In this document: positions 10,574-19,198 of the stretch, piece by piece
How positions within the stretch are numbered: the first letter of the stretch is position 1
Layout of the letters: each line of letters starts with the position of its first letter
Origin: Clostridiales bacterium
GTDB lineage: Bacteria > Bacillota > Clostridia > Lachnospirales > Lachnospiraceae
DNA: 64,000 bases
Assembly (NCBI GenBank): GCA_019420275.1
Contig: JAHZHN010000012.1
Location: forward strand, 521-64,520
Direction of reading: 5' to 3'
Program-made: the position numbers and the translations under genes
The notes under the pieces: model-generated
The model's database searches: none
What the model was told of the DNA's origin: nothing
The model's input: the letters and a program-made list of their open reading frames with translations, nothing else

Positions 10574-11719
10574 CTATTTTTTATCCTGCAGCACTTCTAC
10601 CGCCTTCTGAAGCTGTTCATCTGACTTTGTATCCTCATTATCCTTAACCGTGATATCCGGCTGGATCCCCTTTTTATGGATATTATGCCCTGCCGGCGTA
10701 TAATAAGACGCATAGGTAAGTTTTACATAAGAATCATCTCCCAGACCAAAAAATCCCTGAACGATTCCCTTTCCAAACGTCTTTTCTCCCACCAATGTTC
10801 CGGCATCTCTGTCTTTAATGGCTCCCGCCAGAATCTCTGAAGCACTGGCGCTGTTCCCATTGACCAGCACACATAACGGCATATTCAGCTGATCATCATC
10901 TTCTGCGTTATAATATTTCTTCTTTCCATTTTTATCTTCCGTATAAACAATTTTTCCTTTTGGGAGAATGTCATCGGCAATATCCACAACTGCTGAAAGC
11001 AGTCCTCCCGGATTATCTCTCAAATCAATGATCAGAGATTTCGCGCCTTGATTTTGCAGATCTTTCAGTCCGTCTTCAAATTGTTCTACCGTAATTTCAT
11101 CAAATTCAGAAATGGAGAGATATCCAATATTCCCATCCAGCAGTTTTGTATCAACCGTTGGGTTTTCTACAGATTTTCTTGTAAACGTGTATTCTTTTGT
11201 ATCGCTGCCGCGTTTAAAAGTCAAAGTAACCTTTGTTCCTTCTTTTCCCTTTACTTTGCTCACCACATCATTTAAGTCAGCGTTCGTTCCCACTTCTTCA
11301 TCATCAATTTTTGTAAGGATATCTCCTTTTTTGAGGCCGCTTCCATAAGCAGGACTTCCTTTCAATGTATTTACCACGGTAATTTCGCCGCTGTCAGAAT
11401 CTTTTGTCATAGTAATTCCAACTCCACTGTATACACCTTCCGTACTCTCCGTCAGTTCTTTATACTCTTCTTCTGAGTAATAATCAGAATACTGATCTCT
11501 AAGCCCGGCCACCAGACCTTTATATGTGTAAGTTTCCAATTGCTCCTCATCGATATCACCTTTATAGTATGTCTGGATAGCCCTTTCTATATTCCTGATT
11601 TTTTGAACCATTCGCATCGTGTCGCTGGCTCCCCAGTAAGCTCGATATAGGAAAAATCCTTCTGCCAGACACACCAATGTCAAAACCGCTATGACGATTT
11701 TCGTAATTCTTTTCTTCAT
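10574..11719 (-). CDS. Carboxyl-terminal processing protease (S41A, CtpA/CtpB-like)
   Basis: N-terminal TM, PDZ (GVGI), DLRDNPGG, SASASE, TFGKG; start at ATG 11719 after GGGAGG. Confidence 0.93.
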   Translation of the reverse strand: MKKRITKIVIAVLTLVCLAEGFFLYRAYWGASDTMRMVQKIRNIERAIQTYYKGDIDEEQLETYTYKGLVAGLRDQYSDYYSEEEYKELTESTEGVYSGVGITMTKDSDSGEITVVNTLKGSPAYGSGLKKGDILTKIDDEEVGTNADLNDVVSKVKGKEGTKVTLTFKRGSDTKEYTFTRKSVENPTVDTKLLDGNIGYLSISEFDEITVEQFEDGLKDLQNQGAKSLIIDLRDNPGGLLSAVVDIADDILPKGKIVYTEDKNGKKKYYNAEDDDQLNMPLCVLVNGNSASASEILAGAIKDRDAGTLVGEKTFGKGIVQGFFGLGDDSYVKLTYASYYTPAGHNIHKKGIQPDITVKDNEDTKSDEQLQKAVEVLQDKK

Positions 11720-11923
11720 GAAATCTTTCCTCCCGTCTTCGTCCAATGGTTCTTATTATAGCAGATTCTTTTCCTCACTTGCCTAGTATTTGATTGTTTT
11801 CACAAATAATTCATAAAAGTTTAAGTTTTTCTTGCTATTCCCCAAAATATTATGTTGAGCCATCTTCATTTGATTATTTATGCCCATCCTCATCCAAGAG
11901 TAAATTATAAGCGTCCTATAATA

Positions 11924-11970
11924 AAAAGGCCTCCAATCCCCGCTTTCAAAGCGGTGACCGAAGGTCTTTT
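11924..11970 (-). terminator. Intrinsic terminator after the M23 hydrolase gene
   Basis: AAAAGGCCT...CCGCTTT-C-AAAGCGG...AGGTCTTTT. Confidence 0.65.
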
Positions 11971-11982
11971 ATTATGTACTTT

Positions 11983-13389
11983 TTATAAATAATTCATTGG
12001 ATTTACATAGCTTCCATTCTTTTTCACTACAAAATGCAGGTGAGCTCCCGTTACCATTCCTGTTGCTCCGGATTTGGCAATCGTCTGTCCCCGGGTCACA
12101 TGATCTCCTTCTGATACCAAAAGTTTAGAACAATGCAGATACATAGTTTCAAGTCCATTTCCATGATCAATCTTAATATAGTATCCATTATAAACGCTGT
12201 ATCCGGCAACTTCTACCGTTCCGGAAGCTGCTGCCACAAGTGTAGTACCTGTGCTGCATGGGATATCAATTCCTCCATGAAGTTTATAAACTCCTGTTAC
12301 CGGGTGTACACGGTATCCGAATTCGGAAGAAATCGTATGAAGAGACGGTACCGGCCATAAAAGTGTACTGGAAGAACTAGTGCTGCCCGTGCTTGTAGAA
12401 GTGCTTGGCTTGCTGCTCGTACTTGTGGAAGTGCTTGGCTTGCTGCTCGTACTTGTGGAAGTACTTGGCTTGCTGCTCGTACTTGTGGAAGTACTTGGCT
12501 TGCTGCTCGTGCTTGTGGAAGCACTTGGCTTGCTGCTTGTACTTGTGGAAGCACTTGGCTTGCTGCTTGTGCTTACAGAAGTACTCGTACTTGCTGCGGC
12601 AGAATCTGTACTGGTATCTTCCTCACCCTGGACAGATGTACTTGTGGAAGCACTGCTTTGAACCTTCTCTTCCTGAGACACTTCTGTGCTGCTGTCTGCC
12701 TCCACGTATGCTGCATCTTCCTCCTGTTGTTCGGCTTTTTCATATACCGCAAGCAGTTCTTTATTCTCACTCAGTTCCTTCTGATACTCCTGGACTTTTT
12801 CTTTCTTCGCAGTCACCATCTTATCCAACTGGTCTTTCTCTTCCTTTGTCTGGTTAACCAGTTTCGTGACTTTATCATAGTCTTCTTCCAGCTGCTCAGA
12901 TGCATTTTCAATTGTTTCTTCTGTTTTCTTCAGCTGTTTAAACATATTGGAATCATATTCTGCTACTTTAGAAACATATTCTGCTTTGGTAACCAATTCC
13001 TGAAAGGACTCAGATTTTAATATAATTTCCAGATATGCTGTATCTCCATTTTCATACATGAATTTAATACGTTTGCTCATCGTATCATATTGTTTTTCTC
13101 TGGATTCTTTGGCCTCCTTCAATTCCTCTTTTGTATCTTTGATCTGTTCTTCCAAATTTTCCTGTTTTTTCACATACTTTTCATATGTTTCGTTGCTTTC
13201 GCTTACCTTTTTATCCAACTGTTCAATCTCATCTGTCATTTGTGCATTGAGACTTTCCAGTTTCTGCGTTTTTTTCTGAATCTCATTTTTGCTTCCTTCT
13301 GCCCAAATGTCGGTCCGATATGTTCCTGTCGCAAGGGAACATGCCGCCATCATCGCAGCAGCAGCCAGCAAGACCTGCTTTTTCTTCAT
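11983..13389 (-). CDS. FtsEX-associated coiled-coil + M23 peptidase (EnvC/CwlO-like murein hydrolase)
   Basis: Signal peptide, PcsB-type coiled coil (RIKFMYENG), Ser/Thr linker, intact M23 motifs HGGID and HLH. Confidence 0.9.
   Translation of the reverse strand: MKKKQVLLAAAAMMAACSLATGTYRTDIWAEGSKNEIQKKTQKLESLNAQMTDEIEQLDKKVSESNETYEKYVKKQENLEEQIKDTKEELKEAKESREKQYDTMSKRIKFMYENGDTAYLEIILKSESFQELVTKAEYVSKVAEYDSNMFKQLKKTEETIENASEQLEEDYDKVTKLVNQTKEEKDQLDKMVTAKKEKVQEYQKELSENKELLAVYEKAEQQEEDAAYVEADSSTEVSQEEKVQSSASTSTSVQGEEDTSTDSAAASTSTSVSTSSKPSASTSTSSKPSASTSTSSKPSTSTSTSSKPSTSTSTSSKPSTSTSTSSKPSTSTSTGSTSSSSTLLWPVPSLHTISSEFGYRVHPVTGVYKLHGGIDIPCSTGTTLVAAASGTVEVAGYSVYNGYYIKIDHGNGLETMYLHCSKLLVSEGDHVTRGQTIAKSGATGMVTGAHLHFVVKKNGSYVNPMNYL
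12389..12598. repeat. In-frame 30-bp tandem repeat (6 clean units plus a degenerate one)
   Basis: Unit GT(A/G)CTTGTGGAAG(T/C)(A/G)CTTGGCTTGCTGCT(C/T) encoding SSKPS(T/A)STST. Confidence 0.95.
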
Positions 13390-13406
13390 AAAATATTCAT
13401 CCTTTC

Positions 13407-14315
13407 TTACACTTTCAAGTATTTTCTAATCGTTATGGAACTTCCCAAAAGACCAATAACCAATCCGACAACCAAGGATGCCGGAATCAGGTACATCATG
13501 ATCTCATGGACCGAAACAAATTCCATAAATGAAGTGACCACATAGAATCGCTCCGCCATCCAGGATATAATATGATGATATCCAAAGAAAATAATCAGGA
13601 TTGGAATCGCAGAGCCCACAATTCCAATAAGCACTCCTTCCATGTAAAACGGTGCTTTAATGAAACCATTGGCAGCGCCGATCAATTTCATGATTGCAAT
13701 CTCATCTTTTCGGACAGTTACCCCAATAGAAACTGTATTGCTCACCAGGAAAATGGAAACTCCAAATAAGATCAAAATCAAGGCGGCAGCCACATAAGTA
13801 CCAAGAGAGTTCAATTTTGCCGCTCCTTCCGCCGCAATTTCAGAATACTGCACTTTTCGGACGCCTTCTATCTTTCTTAAGGTTTGCGCTACCTCTTCAT
13901 GATCAGCGACTTCATTTAAAGTTATCTCATAGGAATCTGATTCACTCAAAGGATTATCTCCCTCAAACCCTTCCAGAAGATCTTCATTTCCCTTAAAAAC
14001 CTCTTCCTTATACTGTTCCCACGCTTCTTCCGCAGAAATATAGCTTACACTGTCCACATCTTTATTCTTTTTGATTTCCTTTCCAATCTGATCTTTTCTC
14101 TCCTGAGAAAGCCCTTCATCAAAGAAAACTGAAATGCCGACAGACTGTTCCACTTTATGCACTGTAGCTCGTACATTCAGTGCAACGGCAAGAAACACTC
14201 CGATCAAAAACACGCATGCGATCGTCGTTCCAATCGATGCGAGAGAAAACACTTTATTACGAAAAATACTTTTTGTTCCCTCTTTCAGTCCATAAAAAAA
14301 ACGTCTAAATATCAT
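13407..14315 (-). CDS. ftsX: Cell division permease FtsX
   Basis: 4 TM helices with a large extracellular loop, NPL, EIAIMKLIGA...IKAPF.EG. Confidence 0.95.
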   Translation of the reverse strand: MIFRRFFYGLKEGTKSIFRNKVFSLASIGTTIACVFLIGVFLAVALNVRATVHKVEQSVGISVFFDEGLSQERKDQIGKEIKKNKDVDSVSYISAEEAWEQYKEEVFKGNEDLLEGFEGDNPLSESDSYEITLNEVADHEEVAQTLRKIEGVRKVQYSEIAAEGAAKLNSLGTYVAAALILILFGVSIFLVSNTVSIGVTVRKDEIAIMKLIGAANGFIKAPFYMEGVLIGIVGSAIPILIIFFGYHHIISWMAERFYVVTSFMEFVSVHEIMMYLIPASLVVGLVIGLLGSSITIRKYLKV

Positions 14316-14985
14316 AAGACCCCCTTGCTTCGTCCTGCTCTATCCGTCCATCTTCCAGGGAAATCACACGTTTGCCCATTGCATTCACCAGCTCTTTGTT
14401 ATGCGTTACTGTTACAACTGTTGTTCCCCTCTTCTGGACTTGATCCAGAAGATCCATGATTTCTCTGGCTGTAACAGGATCCAAATTTCCAGTCGGTTCG
14501 TCTGCAAGCAATAACAGAGGATGATTCACCATCGCCCGAGCAATTGCCACCCTCTGCTGTTCTCCCCCGGAAAGCTCTCCTGGAAATGCTTTCAGACGAT
14601 CCGCCAGGCCCACCAGATCAAGAACATTGAGCACCTGGCGCTTCATATGACGATTGGGTGCTTCAACAACTTTCTGGGCAAACGCTACATTGTCGTAAAT
14701 ATTCCTATCCTGCAATAATCGGAAATCCTGGAAAACAAACCCAATCTGACGCCGCAGATAAGGAATCTTTCTTGATTTAATCTTGGCATAATCATATCCA
14801 TTGACCATAATTCTGCCGCTGGTAGGCTCTATTTCTTTTAACAGCAGACGCATCAGCGTCGTCTTTCCGGAACCGCTCTTGCCTACCACAAAGACGAATT
14901 CCCCTTTTTGAACGTGCAGTGACACACGATCCAGGGCCGGATGACCCTGTTTGTATTCTTTTGTTACATTATCTAGTATAATCAT
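14305..14985 (-). CDS. ftsE: Cell division ATP-binding protein FtsE
   Basis: GKSGSGKT, VFQDFRLL, LSGGEQQR, ADEPTGNLD; adjacent to ftsX. Confidence 0.96.
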   Translation of the reverse strand: MIILDNVTKEYKQGHPALDRVSLHVQKGEFVFVVGKSGSGKTTLMRLLLKEIEPTSGRIMVNGYDYAKIKSRKIPYLRRQIGFVFQDFRLLQDRNIYDNVAFAQKVVEAPNRHMKRQVLNVLDLVGLADRLKAFPGELSGGEQQRVAIARAMVNHPLLLLADEPTGNLDPVTAREIMDLLDQVQKRGTTVVTVTHNKELVNAMGKRVISLEDGRIEQDEARGSYDI

Positions 14986-14989
14986 AGCC

Positions 14990-16075
14990 CTAATCCATCG
15001 TATCCATATATTTCATGTACTTAACAACCATTAATGCGATCTTAAACGCTATCGCATCTTCAAAATTCCTTAGATCCAGATTTGTATTCTTCTGAATCTT
15101 GTCCAGACGGTAAACCAGAGTGTTCCTATGTATAAACAGCTGTCTGGACGTCTCTGACACATTGAGATTATTCTCAAAAAACTTATCAATTGTAATCAGA
15201 GTTTCTTCATCAATGGAATCCGGAGAATAATCTCCAAATACCTCCCGAATGAACATTTTGCACAGCGGAAGCGGAAGCTGATAAATCAGTCGCCCGATTC
15301 CCAGCTGATTGTATGCAATCACTGTGGATTCCTCATAAAAAATCTTACTGACTTCCAGAGCAATCTGAGCTTCCTTATAAGACCGGGACACATCTTTGAT
15401 GTTGTCCGCCGGATTCCCAATCGCAATCTTCACATCCAAAATCTGCTCTGCTTCCAGAGCCTCTACAATCCGAGATGCATGATTGATAAAATTCTTCTGT
15501 ATATCCTCTTCTCCAACCTCGGTTACATATACTATGCTCTTTTCATCCACTGCCGTAATAAAATCTGACTCTCGGATCAAATTCAGCTGCTTCATAGCTT
15601 CCACCAGATTATGATCTTTGCCATAAGAAGTCTGAATCAAAAAAGCAATCCTTCTCGTTTCCACATCAATGTGCAGTTTCTTGGCACGGTTGTAAATATC
15701 TACCAGAAGCAAATTATCCAACAGAAGATTCTTTACAAAGTTCTCTTTATCAAATCGTTCCTTATACGCAACCAAGAGATTCTCAATCTGGAAAACAGCC
15801 AATTTCCCAATCGTATAATCATTTTCATTCTGTCCCTGGATCAAAAGAATATACTCCAGTCTTTTATCGTCAAAAATCTTAAAATACTGTACCCCATCAA
15901 TCACCTGACTTTCGGCCATAGATTCAGAAAAGGATCTAACTTCTTTCTCAACATCGTCGATCTCATCCACAGTCTGAACGACCGGATGGCCGGACAGATC
16001 CATGACGCATAAATCAACTTCCGTTATCCCCTTAATTCCATTAATTGTTTCCTGTAAAACCTGATTCGAAATCAT
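14990..16075 (-). CDS. CdaR/PucR-family transcriptional regulator
   Basis: C-terminal HTH NVSETSRQLFIHRNTLVYRLDKI. Confidence 0.9.
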   Translation of the reverse strand: MISNQVLQETINGIKGITEVDLCVMDLSGHPVVQTVDEIDDVEKEVRSFSESMAESQVIDGVQYFKIFDDKRLEYILLIQGQNENDYTIGKLAVFQIENLLVAYKERFDKENFVKNLLLDNLLLVDIYNRAKKLHIDVETRRIAFLIQTSYGKDHNLVEAMKQLNLIRESDFITAVDEKSIVYVTEVGEEDIQKNFINHASRIVEALEAEQILDVKIAIGNPADNIKDVSRSYKEAQIALEVSKIFYEESTVIAYNQLGIGRLIYQLPLPLCKMFIREVFGDYSPDSIDEETLITIDKFFENNLNVSETSRQLFIHRNTLVYRLDKIQKNTNLDLRNFEDAIAFKIALMVVKYMKYMDTMD

Positions 16076-16171
16076 TCCTTCATCAACCTTTCCCTATGTG
16101 CCTTCTTCTTTTTCTTCTACTATACAGCATTTTTAACAAGAAAAAAAGAAAAAATCAGGTTTTTTTTACAC

Positions 16172-16998
16172 TCATTGTATATTTTTCACAAATCCTTCTC
16201 CTAAAATCTCCCTTGCATCTGTAATTACCACAAAAGCCTGCGGATCCTTCTCTTTCACGATCTCCTTCATCGCCGGCGTTTCTTTCTTTGATACTATGCA
16301 CAAAAGCATAGGAATCTGGCGGCCGGAATAACCGCCATATGAGACGATTTTTGTAACTCCCCGCTTTTTTTCGTACAAAATCGCCTCTGCGATTTCTTCT
16401 CCCTTGGAACTGATGACCAGAAACAGTTTCGATACTCCTGGGCCTTCTGCAATCGTATCTGCAATTTTTGTGATCCCATAGATGCAAAGCAGCGCATAAC
16501 AGGCATTCTCAATTCCAAATACAAAGATTCCTAAAAAAACGATTCCTCCGTCAAAAATGCCAAGAAGCACCGCAATACTAACTCTTGGAAATCTCTTTTT
16601 CATCAGAAAGGCAATCAGATCAGTTCCTCCGGTGGAATTTCCATCTCTAAGTATAATTCCAATCCCTGTACCCATCAGGAGACTGCCCAATATCAGATTA
16701 ACATAAAAATCCTGTGGAAAAAAAGCGAATTTTGGCAGCAGCCCCAAAAAAATGACAGCAATACAGCTCCAAACAAAGTATTCCAGAAAAAATTCCTGTT
16801 TTTTTGCCGGTAAGCCACAATGAAAAAAGGAACATTCAGTATGGTGTTCGCAGCCCACAACGGTATACCAAACATGCTCCATAGAATGATCCCTAATCCG
16901 CTGAATCCTCCAGTCACAATGCCAAATGGCTGAAATACCGTATTTGTTGCTGCCGCCATACAAAATGTCCCCAGCATTATCTTAAAATAATTCTTCAA
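16172..16998 (-). pseudogene. YitT/YvjA-family membrane protein split by a 1-nt frameshift in a T7 tract
   Basis: 5' frame (16693-16998) has TGGFSGLGII and LNVPFF; 3' frame has GNSTGGTD, GGYSG and DPQAFV; frames switch at T7G4 near 16742-16752. Confidence 0.8.
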
Positions 16999-17031
16999 TC
17001 GAAATTCCTCCTAAACCATTTATGGTATGGT

Positions 17032-17060
17032 TAGTATGAAAAAATTTCGAATTCCTATCC
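17032..17060 (-). promoter_or_regulatory. Putative sporulation (SigG-like) promoter of the YitT gene
   Basis: GGATA-N17-CATACTA about 35 nt upstream of the TTG start. Confidence 0.5.
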
Positions 17061-17067
17061 ACAAATC

Positions 17068-18339
17068 TTAAATCTCATCTTCTGTTCCAAGTACGATACA
17101 AATCTTTGCTCCGCTGCTCACCTGACCAACTTCATATTCCGGATTTTTGAAATAACTCTTTAAATCCTGCCCCAGGCCTTCTTCCGCGATAATAATCTTC
17201 GTATGAGTCAATTCTCCCTGCTGGTTTGTCTTAACAGATCCGATACTATATCCGTTCTCTGTCAGCTTATCTTTCCATCGACTGGCCAGACCAGAGATCT
17301 GCGTCGAATTCTGAATCTCAATCGTAATACTCTTGGAAGAATCTTTTGTATCTTCTGTAGCGGCTTTCGTTGTCTTCTCCGTTGATGTATTAGTTGCCTC
17401 TAGTGCAGAATCAACATCTCCATTTTCAGAAAGAATCTTATCAAACACTTTTTTTGCTGCATCTGTATCTACTTTGAATTTTCCGCCGCTTTGTGTTCCT
17501 TCCAGAATTAAATAATTAAAATCATCATCTTTGATGGATTGAATCTGTTCCAGATTATCTGAAACATCACTATATTTTGTATCAGAATTCACCTTGGAAT
17601 AATAATCCTTGACATACTTGTCAAAATCAGAAGATGTCATACTTGCTGCTGTCTTCGTCGTCTGTACCAAAATATCTCCAATTAATGTCATATGCACATC
17701 TTCATCTTCGATATTAGCCCCATTGGACAGCAATGCCAGGACCGCATCTCCATCCACTGTATTTTCCCCTGATGTCAGTGTTACAGATTTTCCGTTTTGA
17801 TCTTCATAGCTGACAGCCTGACTTAAATCTACTTGAACAGTTCCTGCGTTGTCAACAATATCTACAAGATCATCATCCTTGATCAGCTCATAGGAATTAA
17901 TTGTAATTCCAAGAGTCTCTTCTACCTGCTCCTTCATCGTATTCCCATCATCGCTCATGGCTTTGATGACATCTGATATTACTGCAGTATCCACACTCTC
18001 TCCCATCTCTTGTTCAATGGCCCGTTTTCCATCATCTGTAAGATTCAGCACCATATCTGAGCGGAGTGGGATATAGATCATCTGTTTGTTTTTGCTGTGA
18101 TACACTCGAATTGCCATCATGTCTCCCGCCTGCATCAGCGCCACATCAACCCGGTCTTCGTTTTCTTTTTTCAGCTGCTGGGAAACCTCTTTTTTCTTTT
18201 CCTTTGCAAATTTATAAGAAAAGAATTGCCTCACAGCAAAAAAGCTGGCAATTCCACCAATAGCCATCGTCAAAATCACAACAAGAACCCTTGCAAAAAT
18301 AGCTCTGATCCCTGCCTTTTCCTTTTTCTTTTTTGACAT
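17068..18339 (-). CDS. Membrane-anchored LCP-like protein with C-terminal LytR_C domain
   Basis: N-terminal TM, LCP-like core (IPLRSD, LGITINSY, IVDNAGTVQV, GENTVDG), LytR_C (IQNST.ISGLA...IVLG). Confidence 0.75.
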   Translation of the reverse strand: MSKKKKEKAGIRAIFARVLVVILTMAIGGIASFFAVRQFFSYKFAKEKKKEVSQQLKKENEDRVDVALMQAGDMMAIRVYHSKNKQMIYIPLRSDMVLNLTDDGKRAIEQEMGESVDTAVISDVIKAMSDDGNTMKEQVEETLGITINSYELIKDDDLVDIVDNAGTVQVDLSQAVSYEDQNGKSVTLTSGENTVDGDAVLALLSNGANIEDEDVHMTLIGDILVQTTKTAASMTSSDFDKYVKDYYSKVNSDTKYSDVSDNLEQIQSIKDDDFNYLILEGTQSGGKFKVDTDAAKKVFDKILSENGDVDSALEATNTSTEKTTKAATEDTKDSSKSITIEIQNSTQISGLASRWKDKLTENGYSIGSVKTNQQGELTHTKIIIAEEGLGQDLKSYFKNPEYEVGQVSSGAKICIVLGTEDEI

Positions 18340-18472
18340 TTGTCTGCTCCTTCCGTCTACAATTTCGTTCAGTATAACAAATAATTCGATTCATTTCAAT
18401 AATGCACTATGTTATAATCTTATATAATTGTCCTTAATATTTTCTTAAATTCAAAAACATCGGAGGTTTTTT

Positions 18473-19198
18473 ATGAAAACAGTATTAATAACCGGAAGTT
18501 CTCGTGGGATTGGCCGAGCTGCAGCACTGTGTTTTGCTGCCAACGGATGGAACGTCATTATCCATGGATTTAGTCATCCCCAAAATCTATCTTCTTTGGA
18601 AGAAGCAGTCAAAAAAAAGGGGGTCTCTTGTCTGTCTTTTACCGGTGATATCAGCAATCCCTGTTTTGTAAACGAAATGATCCACAAGTCAGTCTCCCAT
18701 TTTGGCACCATTGACTGTCTTGTCAATAATGCAGGAATTTCCCGAATCAGTCTTTTTACTGACACTACAGTCAAAGACTGGCATGAAATGTTAAATACAA
18801 ACCTCCTGTCCGTTTTTGCTGCCTGCCGCAGCATCCTCCCACATATGATTTCCCGGCATTCTGGAAAAATTATCAATATCTCTTCCATATGGGGAGAGGC
18901 CGGAGCTTCCTGTGAAGTTCTCTATTCTGCTTCCAAAGGCGGCATCAACGCATTTACAAAAGCACTGGCAAAAGAAGTCGCTCCCAGCAATATCCAGGTT
19001 AACGCCATCGCCTTTGGCATGATCAATACAGATATGAACCAAGAATTTTCAGAAGAAGACCGGCAGATGATCCGTGAGGAAATCCCGGCCGATTATATAG
19101 CCAGTCCTGAAGAAGCCGCTTCGATGATTTATCACACGGCCACAGCGCCTGCTTATATGACCGGACAGATCATTACTTTTTCCGGAGGGTGGTATTAA
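18473..19198 (+). CDS. Short-chain dehydrogenase, YmfI-like (EF-P 5-aminopentanone reductase family)
   Basis: TGSSRGIG, NNAG, SSIWG..GASCEV.YSASK. Confidence 0.8.
   Translation: MKTVLITGSSRGIGRAAALCFAANGWNVIIHGFSHPQNLSSLEEAVKKKGVSCLSFTGDISNPCFVNEMIHKSVSHFGTIDCLVNNAGISRISLFTDTTVKDWHEMLNTNLLSVFAACRSILPHMISRHSGKIINISSIWGEAGASCEVLYSASKGGINAFTKALAKEVAPSNIQVNAIAFGMINTDMNQEFSEEDRQMIREEIPADYIASPEEAASMIYHTATAPAYMTGQIITFSGGWY

Noticed and set aside
12389..12598. 30-bp repeats as a CRISPR array
   Set aside because: Units are head-to-tail with no unique spacers, in frame inside a CDS, and there are no cas genes.
12380..12661. Poly-Leu/Val ORF on the plus strand
   Set aside because: Antisense translation of the Ser/Thr repeat.
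16760..16963. N-terminus of the 263-aa ORF (MYGGSNKY...)
   Set aside because: Out-of-frame read of the true YitT 5' half; homology begins only after the T7 tract.
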